A stretch of DNA of 64,000 nt from Amoebidium appalachense (taxonomy: Eukaryota; Protista; Ichthyosporea): positions 620,001 to 684,000 of the forward strand of contig CAVNZM010000005.1 of NCBI GenBank assembly GCA_963693365.1, read 5' to 3'. Below the pieces are notes generated by a model, which saw only the letters and a list, made by a program, of their open reading frames with translations, was not told the DNA's origin and made no database searches. This document shows positions 42,298 through 54,939 of the stretch, piece after piece. The translations under genes were made by a program, and so were the position numbers. How positions within the stretch are numbered: position 1 is the stretch's first letter; each line of letters opens with the position of its first letter.

Positions 42298-43305
42298 CGT
42301 GTTTTTTTCGATGTGAAACTTCTGGACATGCTCTAGGAATTGTGTGAGATTGATAGAGTGCTTTTTAGGAAGGACGAATGGAGAACATGAAGTGAATAGG
42401 GAGGGGCTCTTAAGCTTGTAGTTTTGCTTTTTTTGCTTATAATTTGCTCTGTGCGAAGTGATTTTGAGTGCTCTGGCTAGGTTTGCGTAATTTGAGGTTG
42501 AGGGCTTTGCATGGCCAAGCCGGATCAAAGCCAACAGTAGATTCCGTTAAAAGTCAAGAGGAAAGTGAACTATAGAGGACTTCGTAGTCTTGAGATACTC
42601 ATATAATTTTGTTTGTGGATAAGGAGGTGCTCTTCTCTATAGCTGGAGCATCACCAGAGCAGCCAACACAGTAAGTGTGCAATCTGATCGATTTTGTTTC
42701 TTGCTGCGTTTGTGTCCGCACCGGGCCACTTTCTTTGCCTTGGTGGGTATAAGGCGGGACAGAACACCTCTTACCAATATAAGGGTTTCTTTGCGTCTTT
42801 CTTCTAGCTATTTTGTCACGCACAAACACTTCTTTCTCTTTCTCCGAGGGTGCATCGTCATCCCTTCCTGTGTGCTGCATCAGATTGGCCGCTCTATCAT
42901 CATGCGCTCTCACGCGCTTTTCATCGTCTTATCGATTTGTGGGTATTTTTTGGTGCTTTTTTGTGACGTGGGAAGTTCTGCTCACAGAATCGCATGTAAT
43001 GAGAGCTGCCCCTAGGATGCATGTTCACGGCATCAATTGGCACCGTTCTTGGGGGTCCGAGGAAGCGGGGGAAGGGGAAGGGGGGGGAGGGGGGGGGGGG
43101 GGGGCAAGAACTTGCTATTTAGCTTTTCTTTCATTTTATTATTCATTTGCTGATTTTGCCTAGGTGGTGTCTGCTCTGCACACATAAATCATGGCTACAG
43201 CAGGATTTCGAATTGAGTTCGAAATTCGGTTTGCTTGCAGCGATTGTTTTGTAGTGATTTAGAAAAGAGCCTACGTGTCAGCCATTTGACCCTTGCTCTT
43301 TTTAG

Positions 43306-44266
43306 ATGTCGAAGCGGGATTATAAGAACACCATCGGCAACGGGGAAGTGGAAGCGCCCCCGACCTCGACAACAGAGCATACATCGGCCCCTTCCAGCCA
43401 ACCAACAGCGAAGCAAGCATCCCCCCACACATCACCTACACAAAATACTACTACGGCGGAGGGGCAAGATGGACAGATTAACACACAGCCACCACAAAGC
43501 GAGAATGCCCCACAAGCGGCACCACCCCAGGCACAGTACCAGCAACCACATATGCAGCAGCAACCCCCACAACAACCAATGCCCATGCCTAACGTGCACG
43601 GTTCCATGCCTATGATGCACCACCCCCGAGCCCCCATGATGGGCCCGAACGGACAGCCAATGCCACACCCGGGCAACTTCCAGGGGCCACCGGGCCAACA
43701 GCCCATCCGTATGGTGCCCCCACCACCACCAGGATACCATCACCCAGGCATGGGCCCACCCATGCCTTTTCCCTTGTATGGGCACCCAGGGGCCACACCG
43801 CAGCAACTAAGAACACTGAAGAGGAAACAGGACGTACTGGGCATGTCTGCGGCTATGTCGACAGCGTAAGTGGGGGGGTTGAGTTTAGAGAGGAGCGGGT
43901 AGAACAGGGTATTGGTTACGCCCTTGCCCCTCTTCCCCTTTTAACGTTTATGTCGGTATTTCTCTGGATCTTTTTTTTATTAGATGGTAACTGTGCTATT
44001 TCCATGAAGGGGGATTGCACCATACATAGCGCCAATCATATCCTAACGACAACATGACGTAACCTGAAGTTGCGTGCGAAATGCTGACATAGACTTTAGT
44101 ATTAGCTATAAGATCAGGTGCATGCCTTCTTTTTTTTTTTTTGTTAATTTTAATTTGTTTCGGATTATTCTCGGTCCATAATTCCTGTGTCAACACGTTG
44201 TGACTGTGCTTTTTCCTCTCTGTTTGTGATCCCTGATCCTAATCACCCCCCCCCCCCCCCCCCCAT

Positions 44267-44297
<31 letters not shown>

Positions 44298-44351
44298 GGG
44301 CTTCCATTCTTTCTCTCTCTCCCTCTTTTTTTTCTTTTTCTTTTTCTTTTT

Positions 44352-44392
<41 letters not shown>

Positions 44393-44979
44393 ATTTCGTG
44401 TAATGCTGTGATGTTCCAGTCGCCAACCATGGCCACACGCTTATATGGCTGAAATCATGCAGGCGGCGGTCACGGGGTGGGGGTGTGGACAAAAACAGCA
44501 AAGGGCTACGGCACTTCTCTCTCAAAGTCTGTGAAAAGGTGCGACAGAAGGGCCGTACGTCTTATAACGAGGTGGGTGCCATCGCCGCCTGTGGCTTTTT
44601 GTCCCTGCATGTGTCTGAGTTAATTCTTGTGTTCGTGTGTGCGTGCATACGTGTGCGGACGCGTGTGTGCCCCGCAAAGCCTAGTATTTAGTAGCCGGTG
44701 TTATATAATGATTATGAACGCACTTTGCTCCACTCCGGAATACACTGGTCAGTCACAGGCTACTGTCGGGATCTTTCAGCCATTGCACAAAGCACTATAA
44801 TCCCTGTTGCGGCAATGAACCATCATTGTCCTGCCTATCTCATTTCGTCTTTGTTGTGGCTCCCCGGTTGATGTCTTTGTCGAGACACACTGCATCCTGT
44901 GTGCGTGTCGGTTTGTACCTGTTCACGTGCATCCATGGCACCCACTCACGTAAACCTCCCCCCCCCCCCCCTCCCCCCA

Positions 44980-45047
<68 letters not shown>

Positions 45048-46038
45048 TGCCGATGAACTTGTGGCTGAGCTCACCTCTGCCATGATTGCTCCACGCACCC
45101 AATCCCGTCGCGGCTCAGACAATGTAGCCCCCTCCCCCCCCCCCTCCCCCCTCCCCCCCCCGCCTCTCCCTTCCCTTTCTCCCCGTTCCTTTTTTCGATT
45201 CTTCACGGACCAGTTTGCTTGTATGAACTGTGGATGTACCGCTGGAGCCACAGACAGATGAACTGATTGGCTGTTAAACATATCTTTATAAGGCATACAA
45301 AGGTTTGAGACATTCATGCTCTTGATGTTATGCTGGTGTGCCTTGGGCTGACTGGGCCACGAAGATACGAGGTGGTTGTATTGTTGAAGCAACAGTGCAT
45401 TTGCCGGTTTTTACCCATCGTGATATTTCCCTTCCCCTTAACTCTCCCATTTTTTATTGAGCTTCCTGGGACTTTGTAAAGCTCAGTTCGTAGCCCCTCT
45501 CCAACATGTGCCATGTCCTCGTTTTTTGCAACTCGAGTACTCTTACTGCGCCACATTCTTTCACCTCACACACACGTGACATGTTTGTGCATGCCACACC
45601 CATTGCTCACACCCCCTTTCAGCTGTACGACAGCAAGAACATACGGCGGCGGGTGTACGATGCCCTGAATGTGCTGATGGCCATGAACATCATTGCCAAG
45701 GAGAAGAAGGAGATACGGTGGGTCGGCCTGCCTGCTAACTCGGCTGAGGAGTGCATGCAGCTGCAGGTATTTATCCGATGTGCGCCCTGTGGTGTCCTAG
45801 CGTGCTCTGGGCCCTGTTCTTGTTCTGCTATCCGTCGGCATACTTTGATGGTCATTAGTTGATGCATGTGCGGAGCATGCTGCACCTAAGACTTGCAGGG
45901 TTTGGGTGGGATAGTCACTGTGTGGGTGCAGGGGGATTGTCGGGCCCGGCAGGAGCGCATCCGCAAGAAGAAGGCCCACCTGTATGAGCTCATCATCCAG
46001 GTAAAGACAACCTCTCCCTCTTTCTCTCTCTCTTCCCC

Positions 46039-46103
<65 letters not shown>

Positions 46104-48144
46104 ACACACAGGCCCTCCAGCCCCCCGAATGGCATGCCTCGTATCTTTTGTGTGTTGACTTCTTAACTCATGGGCAGGTCTCCTGCACCCTGTTTGTCGT
46201 TGTTGATTTTGGGCTTCACACTAGTGAAGAAATTTGCAACACCCCACCCACAAAACCCGGGCAAAACGGAAACGGAGGAGAAAAGGGAACTCCCTGTGCA
46301 AAAACCTTCAGTTAGAAAGCAGCGATGCGGGGGGAGGGGGAGGGGCGGGGGGGGGGGGGGGGGGGGAGGGGGGGGAGGGGGGAGGGGGAGGGGAGGGGGG
46401 ATATACATTTGGAGATGTGAGGAGGTTCACACCCGCAAGCACCTGCACACACCCAGGGCACACATTTTGGCCTTCCCAACCCCTGTGGCCTGGCGGGAGC
46501 TTGGACTGTGTTTGCTTTGTGTTCTGTTGCTGCCTTAACCTCGTATGGCCCTGCAGCAAGTGGCATTCAAGAACTTGGTGCGGAGGAACAGTGAGCTGGA
46601 GGCAGCGCATGGGCGCTATGACGACAGCAAGCTGATCCAGCTGCCATACATCATCGTCAATACGGCCACAGACACACAGATAGACTGCGAGATGGCCGAG
46701 GACGGGTACGTGCCTGCTCATGGCCACATGGCACACCAGGGGCATATGAACCTGTTGGGCTCTGCTTATCATCCATACTGTTGATGTGTGGGTTGCAGTC
46801 TACAGGTGTTGTCCAGTATGTGTACTGCGGTTTTGTCCAGTATAGTGTTGTCCAGTATGTGTACTGCGCGCTTTGTACACATTCTAACCCCCCCCCCCCC
46901 CCCCCCCCCCCTTCCCCCATCTCCCCCTCTCCCCCCCTCGCCCCACCCTACCACCCACCCAGACACAAATGGATGAGCTCTTATGATGCATGCTTTTTGT
47001 ATTTGCGTTACTTGCCTCTATTGAGTCACACGTTGCTTCCGTATTGCCCTTGTGCTCACACTGTCTTTACACCAATAGGACGGAGTATTTCTTCCAGTTC
47101 AGCGGGGCGTTTGAGATCCACGACGAGATCGAGGTGCTCAAGCGCATGCACATGGCCAAGGGCCTGGACCAGGGGGCCGTGCCTGAGGACTGCCTGCATG
47201 ACGCACTGAGCCTGGTCCCCGAGGAGGTCAGGCACCATGTCGTAGGTACGTGCTGTATGCCATGCCATGGGTGCAAACACTATATCACATCATTTCATGG
47301 GTGCTTCAATGTCAGGCATTATTCAGTAATTGCAGATTTGTAAACGGTTAATGTTGTATTTAGTTATGAGAAATTCGAGAATTTTTGCATACCCACCGCT
47401 CGGGTGATCTTGGTTCTGATAAGAAGCTTATCTCTAAATATAATCAGAAACCGCCAGTCGCCAAGAAATGGTCCAGCTTCGAAGAAGCACCAAACGATAC
47501 CGTTTGCGAACTCAAAAGGCCATTCAGAAACGGAAAACCCGTATGTTTAAATCGTATCTGCGTGAGAGGATGTGGCCATTTTCAGTTGGTGGAACATTAT
47601 GAAGCTTGTTGTATTGGTAGAAAAAACAACCAGAGATCTATTTGTAGTTAATATCATTGGTGGAGCATTTGAGATAGCTTGGCGGAGGCTGGCATTCAGA
47701 AACCAATTTACCCCTATATGGTTACTGTAGTTATATTGATCGGTGGAGCATTTGGGGTTAGCTTGTTGGCCCATGGAGGCCGGCTCTAAGAAAAACCATT
47801 AACCGCTATTTGGTCACTCGGCTGCTCAAAGCTATGCCCACTAATATTAATTACGGACACCCACAGACATGGCTGCCGGGGGCCTCAAACGTCTCAGCGA
47901 GCCCTTCCCACCACCGCCACCCCTGCTAGGTGTGCACCCGAGCATGGGGGCACCCATGAGCCCTATGGGGGTACCATGGCCACCATTCCCAGCCACCACA
48001 CCGCCCATCCCCCAGGGGGGGCACATGCACATGGCGCAGGCATACATGGGCCAGCAGGCGCCATACGACGAGGAATATAGTGGCAGTGACGAGGAGGAGG
48101 GGGACCAGCACGTGTATGGCCCCGTGCCTGTGTCTGCTTCATAG
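43306..48144 (+). CDS. TFDP: Transcription factor DP (E2F dimerization partner)
   Basis: Exons 43306-43865, 44463-44571 ([24 protein letters not shown]), 45046-45123 (VADELV), 45623-45766 ([33 protein letters not shown]), 45932-46000, 46557-46705 ([21 protein letters not shown]), 47079-47245 ([13 protein letters not shown]), 47867-48144. The ATG at 43306 follows an AG, so an upstream exon is possible. Confidence 0.95.
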
Positions 48145-48147
48145 GGT

Positions 48148-48180
<33 letters not shown>

Positions 48181-48191
48181 GGGGTTGGGGG

Positions 48192-48225
<34 letters not shown>

Positions 48226-49060
48226 TGGGCAAGGAACTGGGGATACTGTGAAGAATGGGGTTGGGGCTTTGAATGATGCATGTCAATGAATTGGATATGG
48301 TATTCTCTGGTTTTTGTGTTGATCTGGGTTCACTTGGTGTGTTTGGACATATTTGCTTGCAGGAGCCACGTTGAAGGTTGTTTGGCACGCGCGCGCCAGC
48401 AGGCAGAAAGGTTTAGCACCTTAATTAATTATTTTATGTATGTTACGTAGTACATAATGGTTGCGAATTTAGGTGTATGTCTGATAAATGGCATTGAAAG
48501 TCTTTTATGCGACAGCTGGTTTCTGCATTACCCGAGAGGTATGTAAACCTCACCCCTGTTTGGATTCTTTCTGCTTACGAAATGTACATTGGCACAGAGG
48601 CAACGATTGTGCCTCGTGTTGCATGATGTTTCATTTAGCGGCCAAAACACATTCTAACGATGGGTGATGTATTTTGTAGCAAAGGCAGACATCTAGTCTG
48701 TGGAATCAACTGGGTGTGATGGGTCTTCTGGCATGATCTCTGGTAAAACATGTCTCGAATGTATGTGGTGTTCACGTATAAGCATGTGCGTGTGTGCATG
48801 TAATAGAGATACACGCCACACGCGTGTGCATGTAATGAAGGTGTGACCGTTCCACGGGCGTGTATGCAATTGCATGCATATGGTATTTGAATAAGTAAAG
48901 ATGAATTCTGCTTGTGTGCATGTGCTCACGGGTTGACCGGATGTGACAGTCACTGTGTGTTAGTGTGTGTGTGTGCGCGCGCGCGCACGCGCGTGTGGGT
49001 GTGCGTGAGTGTGCATGCTTGCGTGTACACGGCTGTGCGTCACTGTGTGTGTATGTGCAC

Positions 49061-49079
49061 GTGTGTGTGTGTGTACGAC

Positions 49080-49114
<35 letters not shown>

Positions 49115-49166
49115 ACGACACTGTGTGTGTGTGTGTGTGTGTGTGTACGAAACTGTGTGTGTGTGT

Positions 49167-49202
<36 letters not shown>

Positions 49203-49205
49203 CGC

Positions 49206-49236
<31 letters not shown>

Positions 49237-49241
49237 CATTC

Positions 49242-49272
<31 letters not shown>

Positions 49273-49273
49273 C

Positions 49274-49310
<37 letters not shown>

Positions 49311-49311
49311 C

Positions 49312-49348
<37 letters not shown>

Positions 49349-49349
49349 C

Positions 49350-49384
<35 letters not shown>

Positions 49385-49389
49385 CATTC

Positions 49390-49420
<31 letters not shown>

Positions 49421-49458
49421 CACTGTGTGTGTGTGTGTGTGTGTGTGTGTCTACGACA

Positions 49459-49496
<38 letters not shown>

Positions 49497-49497
49497 C

Positions 49498-49534
<37 letters not shown>

Positions 49535-49535
49535 C

Positions 49536-49572
<37 letters not shown>

Positions 49573-49573
49573 C

Positions 49574-49608
<35 letters not shown>

Positions 49609-49610
49609 CA

Positions 49611-49648
<38 letters not shown>

Positions 49649-49649
49649 C

Positions 49650-49684
<35 letters not shown>

Positions 49685-49685
49685 C

Positions 49686-49724
<39 letters not shown>

Positions 49725-49725
49725 C

Positions 49726-49763
<38 letters not shown>

Positions 49764-49765
49764 AC

Positions 49766-49806
<41 letters not shown>

Positions 49807-49809
49807 CAC

Positions 49810-49840
<31 letters not shown>

Positions 49841-49843
49841 CAC

Positions 49844-49874
<31 letters not shown>

Positions 49875-49875
49875 C

Positions 49876-49918
<43 letters not shown>

Positions 49919-49990
49919 CACTGTGTGTGTGTGTGTGTGTGTGTGTGTGCACGACAATGTGTGTGTGTGTGTGTGCGCGCGCGCGCACGA

Positions 49991-50044
<54 letters not shown>

Positions 50045-50052
50045 ACGACCCT
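49061..50052. repeat. Compound minisatellite, about 26 units of ACGACA(C/T)T followed by (GT)n
   Basis: A short constant linker recurs every ~33-50 bp between GT runs of variable length. Confidence 0.93.
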
Positions 50053-50088
50053 GTGTATGTGTGTGTGTGTGTGCGTGTGTTTTTGCAT

Positions 50089-50156
<68 letters not shown>

Positions 50157-50473
50157 TGTGTGTGGCCCTTCGTTTAAATTGGGTGCACATGCATGTGGTG
50201 TATGTGTTTTTCTAAGGGTCAATGCGCACGGCGAACTCCCTATGACCATCGCCTTTTCCTACCGTGTTTACCAGTTGCTTGTACACGTGCTGTGTACGCG
50301 AGTGCGTCCGTGCACATAGGTTAAGGCGAAGTGCGAGTCGGACAGAGAAAAGTTAGAGTATATGCGTATCGCATATACAATAGGTCCGGTTGAACACTGA
50401 TTAGTTTGAGATCACGGTGATTGGTACTGTGTATGTGTAACATCTGTTATTGTATCTAGCCATATATGGAAAA

Positions 50474-50500
50474 TTTGGCGGGAAGTTTTGGCGCGCAAAA
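50474..50500. promoter_or_regulatory. Tandem E2F consensus sites not assigned to a gene
   Basis: TTTGGCGGGAA (50474-50484) immediately followed by TTTTGGCGCGCAAAA (50486-50500). Confidence 0.45.
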
Positions 50501-50789
50501 AGAAACGTTCTGAGAAACGAATCATTAGTACTGATATGCATGTAGAGCTCTAGTACCGGGTTTCGTTACATACTCATTAGTCTGAGATGTCTGAATTATT
50601 CTGTGATACGGTCATGATACATAAGATGGTGCCATATATATATATGAAGGTGCAGATCTATTATTGGTGGTAGCATTTAGGCTGGCGCATGCTTTGTTTG
50701 CACTATCATATACAATGTAGGTGTATGTGTGTTGCTTGGTGTGTCTGTAAGAGTTGCGTGTTTAACCATCAAGTCTGTCCGACTGTCAC

Positions 50790-50855
<66 letters not shown>

Positions 50856-51743
50856 CGTGCGTGTGGGTGTGCGTGTGTACGGTGTGCGTGTGTGGGGAGG
50901 GGGGGAGGGAGGGGGGGGGGGGGGGGGGAGGGGGGGAGGGGGGTGAGGACTCATCGCGATCGGCCGGTTGTATATTTGAGGCTGCTATATATCATAGTAT
51001 ATGTGAACTGAGTTAAGGAGGAGAGGGGGGAGGTGGGGGATCCGGAGAGGGGGCTCAAATATATGCCTGCGAGCTCCCTCCCTCCTCATCTAGGCCCAGA
51101 CCTAGGCCCGCTTCCCCCAGAGTCCCCCCCCCCCCCCCCTCCCCCCTCCCCCCCCCCTCCCCCCCCTCCCCCTCCCCCCCCCCCCCCCTCAAAAAAAAAA
51201 AAAAAAAAATCCACCCAACGTACGCGCAAAGCTACCTTCTCTCGCACATGCTTGGATTCAAACATTTCAGCGAGCCTTCGGGTGATTCCATGGCCGGCCT
51301 TCTAACCCACAGCATAGCCCGGAGTACGCTAGTCCACAATGTTTCTTGGCCAACAGTTACCCGTTATACGCCGTGCCATGCTCACCCCGCCAGTCTCTTC
51401 CTATCTCAGTCCCAGTGATGATTATAAACTGGAAGGGTCAGCCCACCGATTGCATGCAAAGCAAAACATCAGGTTATGAGTTCTATCTAATATGTATCTT
51501 TGTATGTCAGTCGTGAGTGAGTTGCAATTGGCAAATTAGCGTTCGAGTTAACACTGAGCTCAAAACTTGTTTTGTTTAACTCCAAAGTGGCTCGCAACCG
51601 ATTGGATAGTTCTCGATTCTTTCCGAGTTAGTAGGTTTGTACCCCTCTCTGTGAATATTTTATTGCAATCCCCTCCCTCTTCTATAGTTAGTTAGCCCCA
51701 TTACTCCCCGATCACCTTGGCCACCTGGCACCAAGCTGCTGTT

Positions 51744-51783
<40 letters not shown>

Positions 51784-51792
51784 TGCTGGGGG

Positions 51793-51978
51793 GAGGAGGT
51801 GATGTATATGTTAAAGGGTTCAAAATATGGAGGAGACAACAACGAGCAACAACAAAACGTCACAAAAGTGGGAAATTCAAAATCGAACAATTTAGGCGTG
51901 CAGGCAGAAGACACTTGAACAGAGCCCATCATCAAGGGGGTTCATATGCCTCCACAAAAGCATGGGTTTCGACTCTTT
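51793..51978 (-). repeat. Dispersed repeat, subfamily A copy 2
   Basis: Reverse complement matches 31640-31785; its 5' module also matches 32910-32960. Confidence 0.85.
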
Positions 51979-52051
51979 AGCCTCTCGCGCGTGGTTCCCA
52001 ACCCATACTTGGGGAATCCACCCGTCTTGGCCAAAGACGAGCAGGGTTGTT

Positions 52052-52105
<54 letters not shown>

Positions 52106-52520
52106 CTACATGTGTTGTTCACAGAGGCCAATTTATTCAATTCTTTATAGAAATTTATGTAAACTCTGCGTGATAAAGATTTAGTTCGGCAATTCAAGCC
52201 ACTTTCATGAGTCGTTCATAAGTCAACTGCATTCATTCAGGATTTTGCGGCAGGAAAAACATTGTCACGTAAGTACAAAAGGTGATTACGCACTTTTGTG
52301 CCCGTATAGACATGTTGTTCATAGAGGGTCTAAATTTAAATGTTGCTGCATTTTCGTGATATGTCCAGATAATAGTACTTACTCAAAAGAATCATCGACT
52401 GCTTATGGATTCCCGGCAATAGTTTCACAGACGTTATTTCGAGCATACATACTATAAACTTAGATACAAAAACCCACCACATTTACCAAATTTCGAAGAA
52501 ACACAACAAATTTGGGCACC

Positions 52521-54939
52521 TCACACGGAAAAGCATTCCCCATACGAGGGCAGTTCATCCTTCGGTGCCTTCCTCCCGGTCAGCGCCGTCAGCAATTTCC
52601 TTTTTGGGGATGCCTCCTTGGAAAGTGTCTTGCTCTTCTGCCTTAACTCATTGTAGGCAGGGGGGTCCAAGACTGTGCGTGGCACGGCAGACACCATCTG
52701 GCAATACTCATCCACCGCCCCCCTTAATTGCTCCATGTGCAGGCTCGTAAGCACAAAAGGAACCTCGAATCTCACAGCACGCCCCTTATCAACATGTATC
52801 GTCAGTTCGACAATATACTCCAGCAGCATCAACCCAGCCAGCCGGTCAGAAACACGTGTCGTGGGTGCTAGCGGGCATTCACTAGCATCACGGTGGGTTC
52901 GGTCGGCACCGGCAAGCAGAGGTACATGGCACACACCGGCACACTTTGGGAGGAGGCGGTGGGGGCGAGAGTTTGAGCGGCAGTTGCATTTGCACGATGG
53001 GAGCATACTGAGGGTCACCATCTGGGTCTGGTCGCTGGAATGGATGTCCGTGCTGCACTGTGCCAGCACACGTGATTTGGCCTGCGGGGTGAATGAGGGT
53101 GTGTGAGAGGCCAATATTGATATTGTGGCAAATCTGTTGTTTGTGGGATGTTCCCCGGGGCAAGGGGGGGGGGGGGGGGGGGAGGGGGCTAAAACGCGAT
53201 ATGGAAGTACAAAATATTTACACATGTTCACGATCGAGAACACAAAGCAATTTTTGACTGTGTAAAGGCACAAAAAGAGTATGCATCAACCTCCCTTCCC
53301 TCAACCCCCCCACCCCCCCCCAAAAAAACCCCCACAGCCACCCAGACGCAAAGTCTTTGTCCTATTTTTTGCTGTGAAAGTGGTCCGTGGATGCAAGCCT
53401 TAGTGCGATTAAGGGGCATGTACCTTGACTGCCTTGGACAGGCCCCTCTGCAGGTCTCCCTCCACGCTATTGGTCAGCCGTTGCCTCACACACGCCGTCA
53501 CCCGTGTCACCTTAACTGTTGGCGAATCATTGTCCAGTGCCACCCTAACTACAATGGGCTCCCCGTGCGCGTATACATTTTTGCTCAGACTCGCTTGGGC
53601 CGTCAGCCCACTGTCTGGATTTGCCTTGGAGTTAAACCGGTCGAGGAGAAACCGGCGAGTGATGCAAAACCGCGGCCGGAGTTCTTCTTGGGGCACGTAC
53701 ACGGCCCCTTTATTGAAGAGGGTTTGTGTCAGGATAATGGGTTTACTCTGTTAAGAGTTAAGAGAGGGTGTTAGCAAAACGAGATAGAAGGATGCAGAAA
53801 GGCACTGCATCCAAGTGTATTTCACTGCTCAAACAGTCTGGGTCGCTTTGTAAAAGTGTCTGACATATGTCCACTCTGCCTTCAGTACTTTTTGGTAATT
53901 ATTACCGTATATGGCGGTAAACATCAGTTCACGTCTACTTCTATCAAGCCAAAATCCCTGTACTCACGACAGTTCAAAACAAAGCCAAGGTGAGCTGAGC
54001 AGAATAACTCCTTCTCCCCATTCCTCCCTCCTACCGCCCTGAACCAACATCGTGCAAACACACCATGCCCTGAGCAACCACGTTTAGCTGATTTCTTCTT
54101 AACGCACCTTGTCAGCAGTGAAGCATTTGACCTCCAGCAGCCAGTTGATGGACAGCCGCAGGTCGTCCTCATACAGCTCACAGTGCATCGTGTTGGGCAG
54201 CTCATCGTCCTGCACACAGTACAAGCATGAGTGCGCAAGGTATATAAAGGCACTATGAAACAGTAGTGCATATCACTTCGAAAGACTTGAAGTGTGGGAT
54301 TTGGCACATTACTTTGAAAGACTTCCAAGGTCGGAGATCTAGACAGTATTCGAAGGCTCAGGTGACGTCAATACATAACGCTTATTTGGTTGCTTCAGTA
54401 ATGTGGGCACGACCAAAACTCAAAGGGGATCCTTAGCTTCGTGGTGCCCTAACCAGGTAACAGCCAGCCACCAAAACAACTCCATAATACCTCGCACATT
54501 ATATCCGCTGTATATGATCACAACCTCGATGACTCTAACCCTTATATCATACTAGCGCTGTAAGTGCCACACACTGCACCAAGAAGCATGTTTAGTTTTC
54601 ATTCTGTCCCCCCAGTATACATACCAGGTCGAACTGCATGTCGAATGCATAGGCTGAGCCTGGGCCGTTGGGTTCTGGTTGCAACACCACATCGGCACAC
54701 AGTGTGCGCTCAGCCTCATAGAGTCTTAGTTTGGGTAGCAGCACACCGTATTTGGAGGTTTTCATCTGGCAGTATAGGTCGGCCTTCATGATCTGACAGT
54801 CTAGTGGCTTCTTAAGCATGCATATCAGTGTGCCCTGAACCGCGTCTCTATCAAATAGCGTTTTCTTCTCGAGAAGTAGCTTGAAGTCACCATAAGCTGT
54901 AGCGGCAACAAGTCGTTTGCTTACTTCGTGTGAGGCCAT
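52521..54939 (-). CDS. Arrestin-fold protein (~433 aa) with C-terminal PY motifs
   Basis: Phase-0 exons 54939-54625, 54209-54108, 53747-53424, 53081-52521. ASLSKNVYAHGEPIVVRVALDNDS..KVTRVTACVRQ resembles the arrestin C-domain; also YAFDMQF..DELP, LAPTT, YIVELTIHV and EVPFVL; tail PPAY and LPSY. Confidence 0.82.

Noticed and set aside
41748-42913. Minus-strand ORFs 41911-42534 and 42599-42913 and a short ATG exon at 42162
   Set aside because: No recognisable motifs and no convincing exon chain; likely the promoter or 5' UTR of DP read antisense.
49061-50052. Possible CRISPR-like repeat-spacer array or 400-aa ORFs
   Set aside because: The 'spacers' are pure (GT)n, and the ORFs are repeat artefacts.
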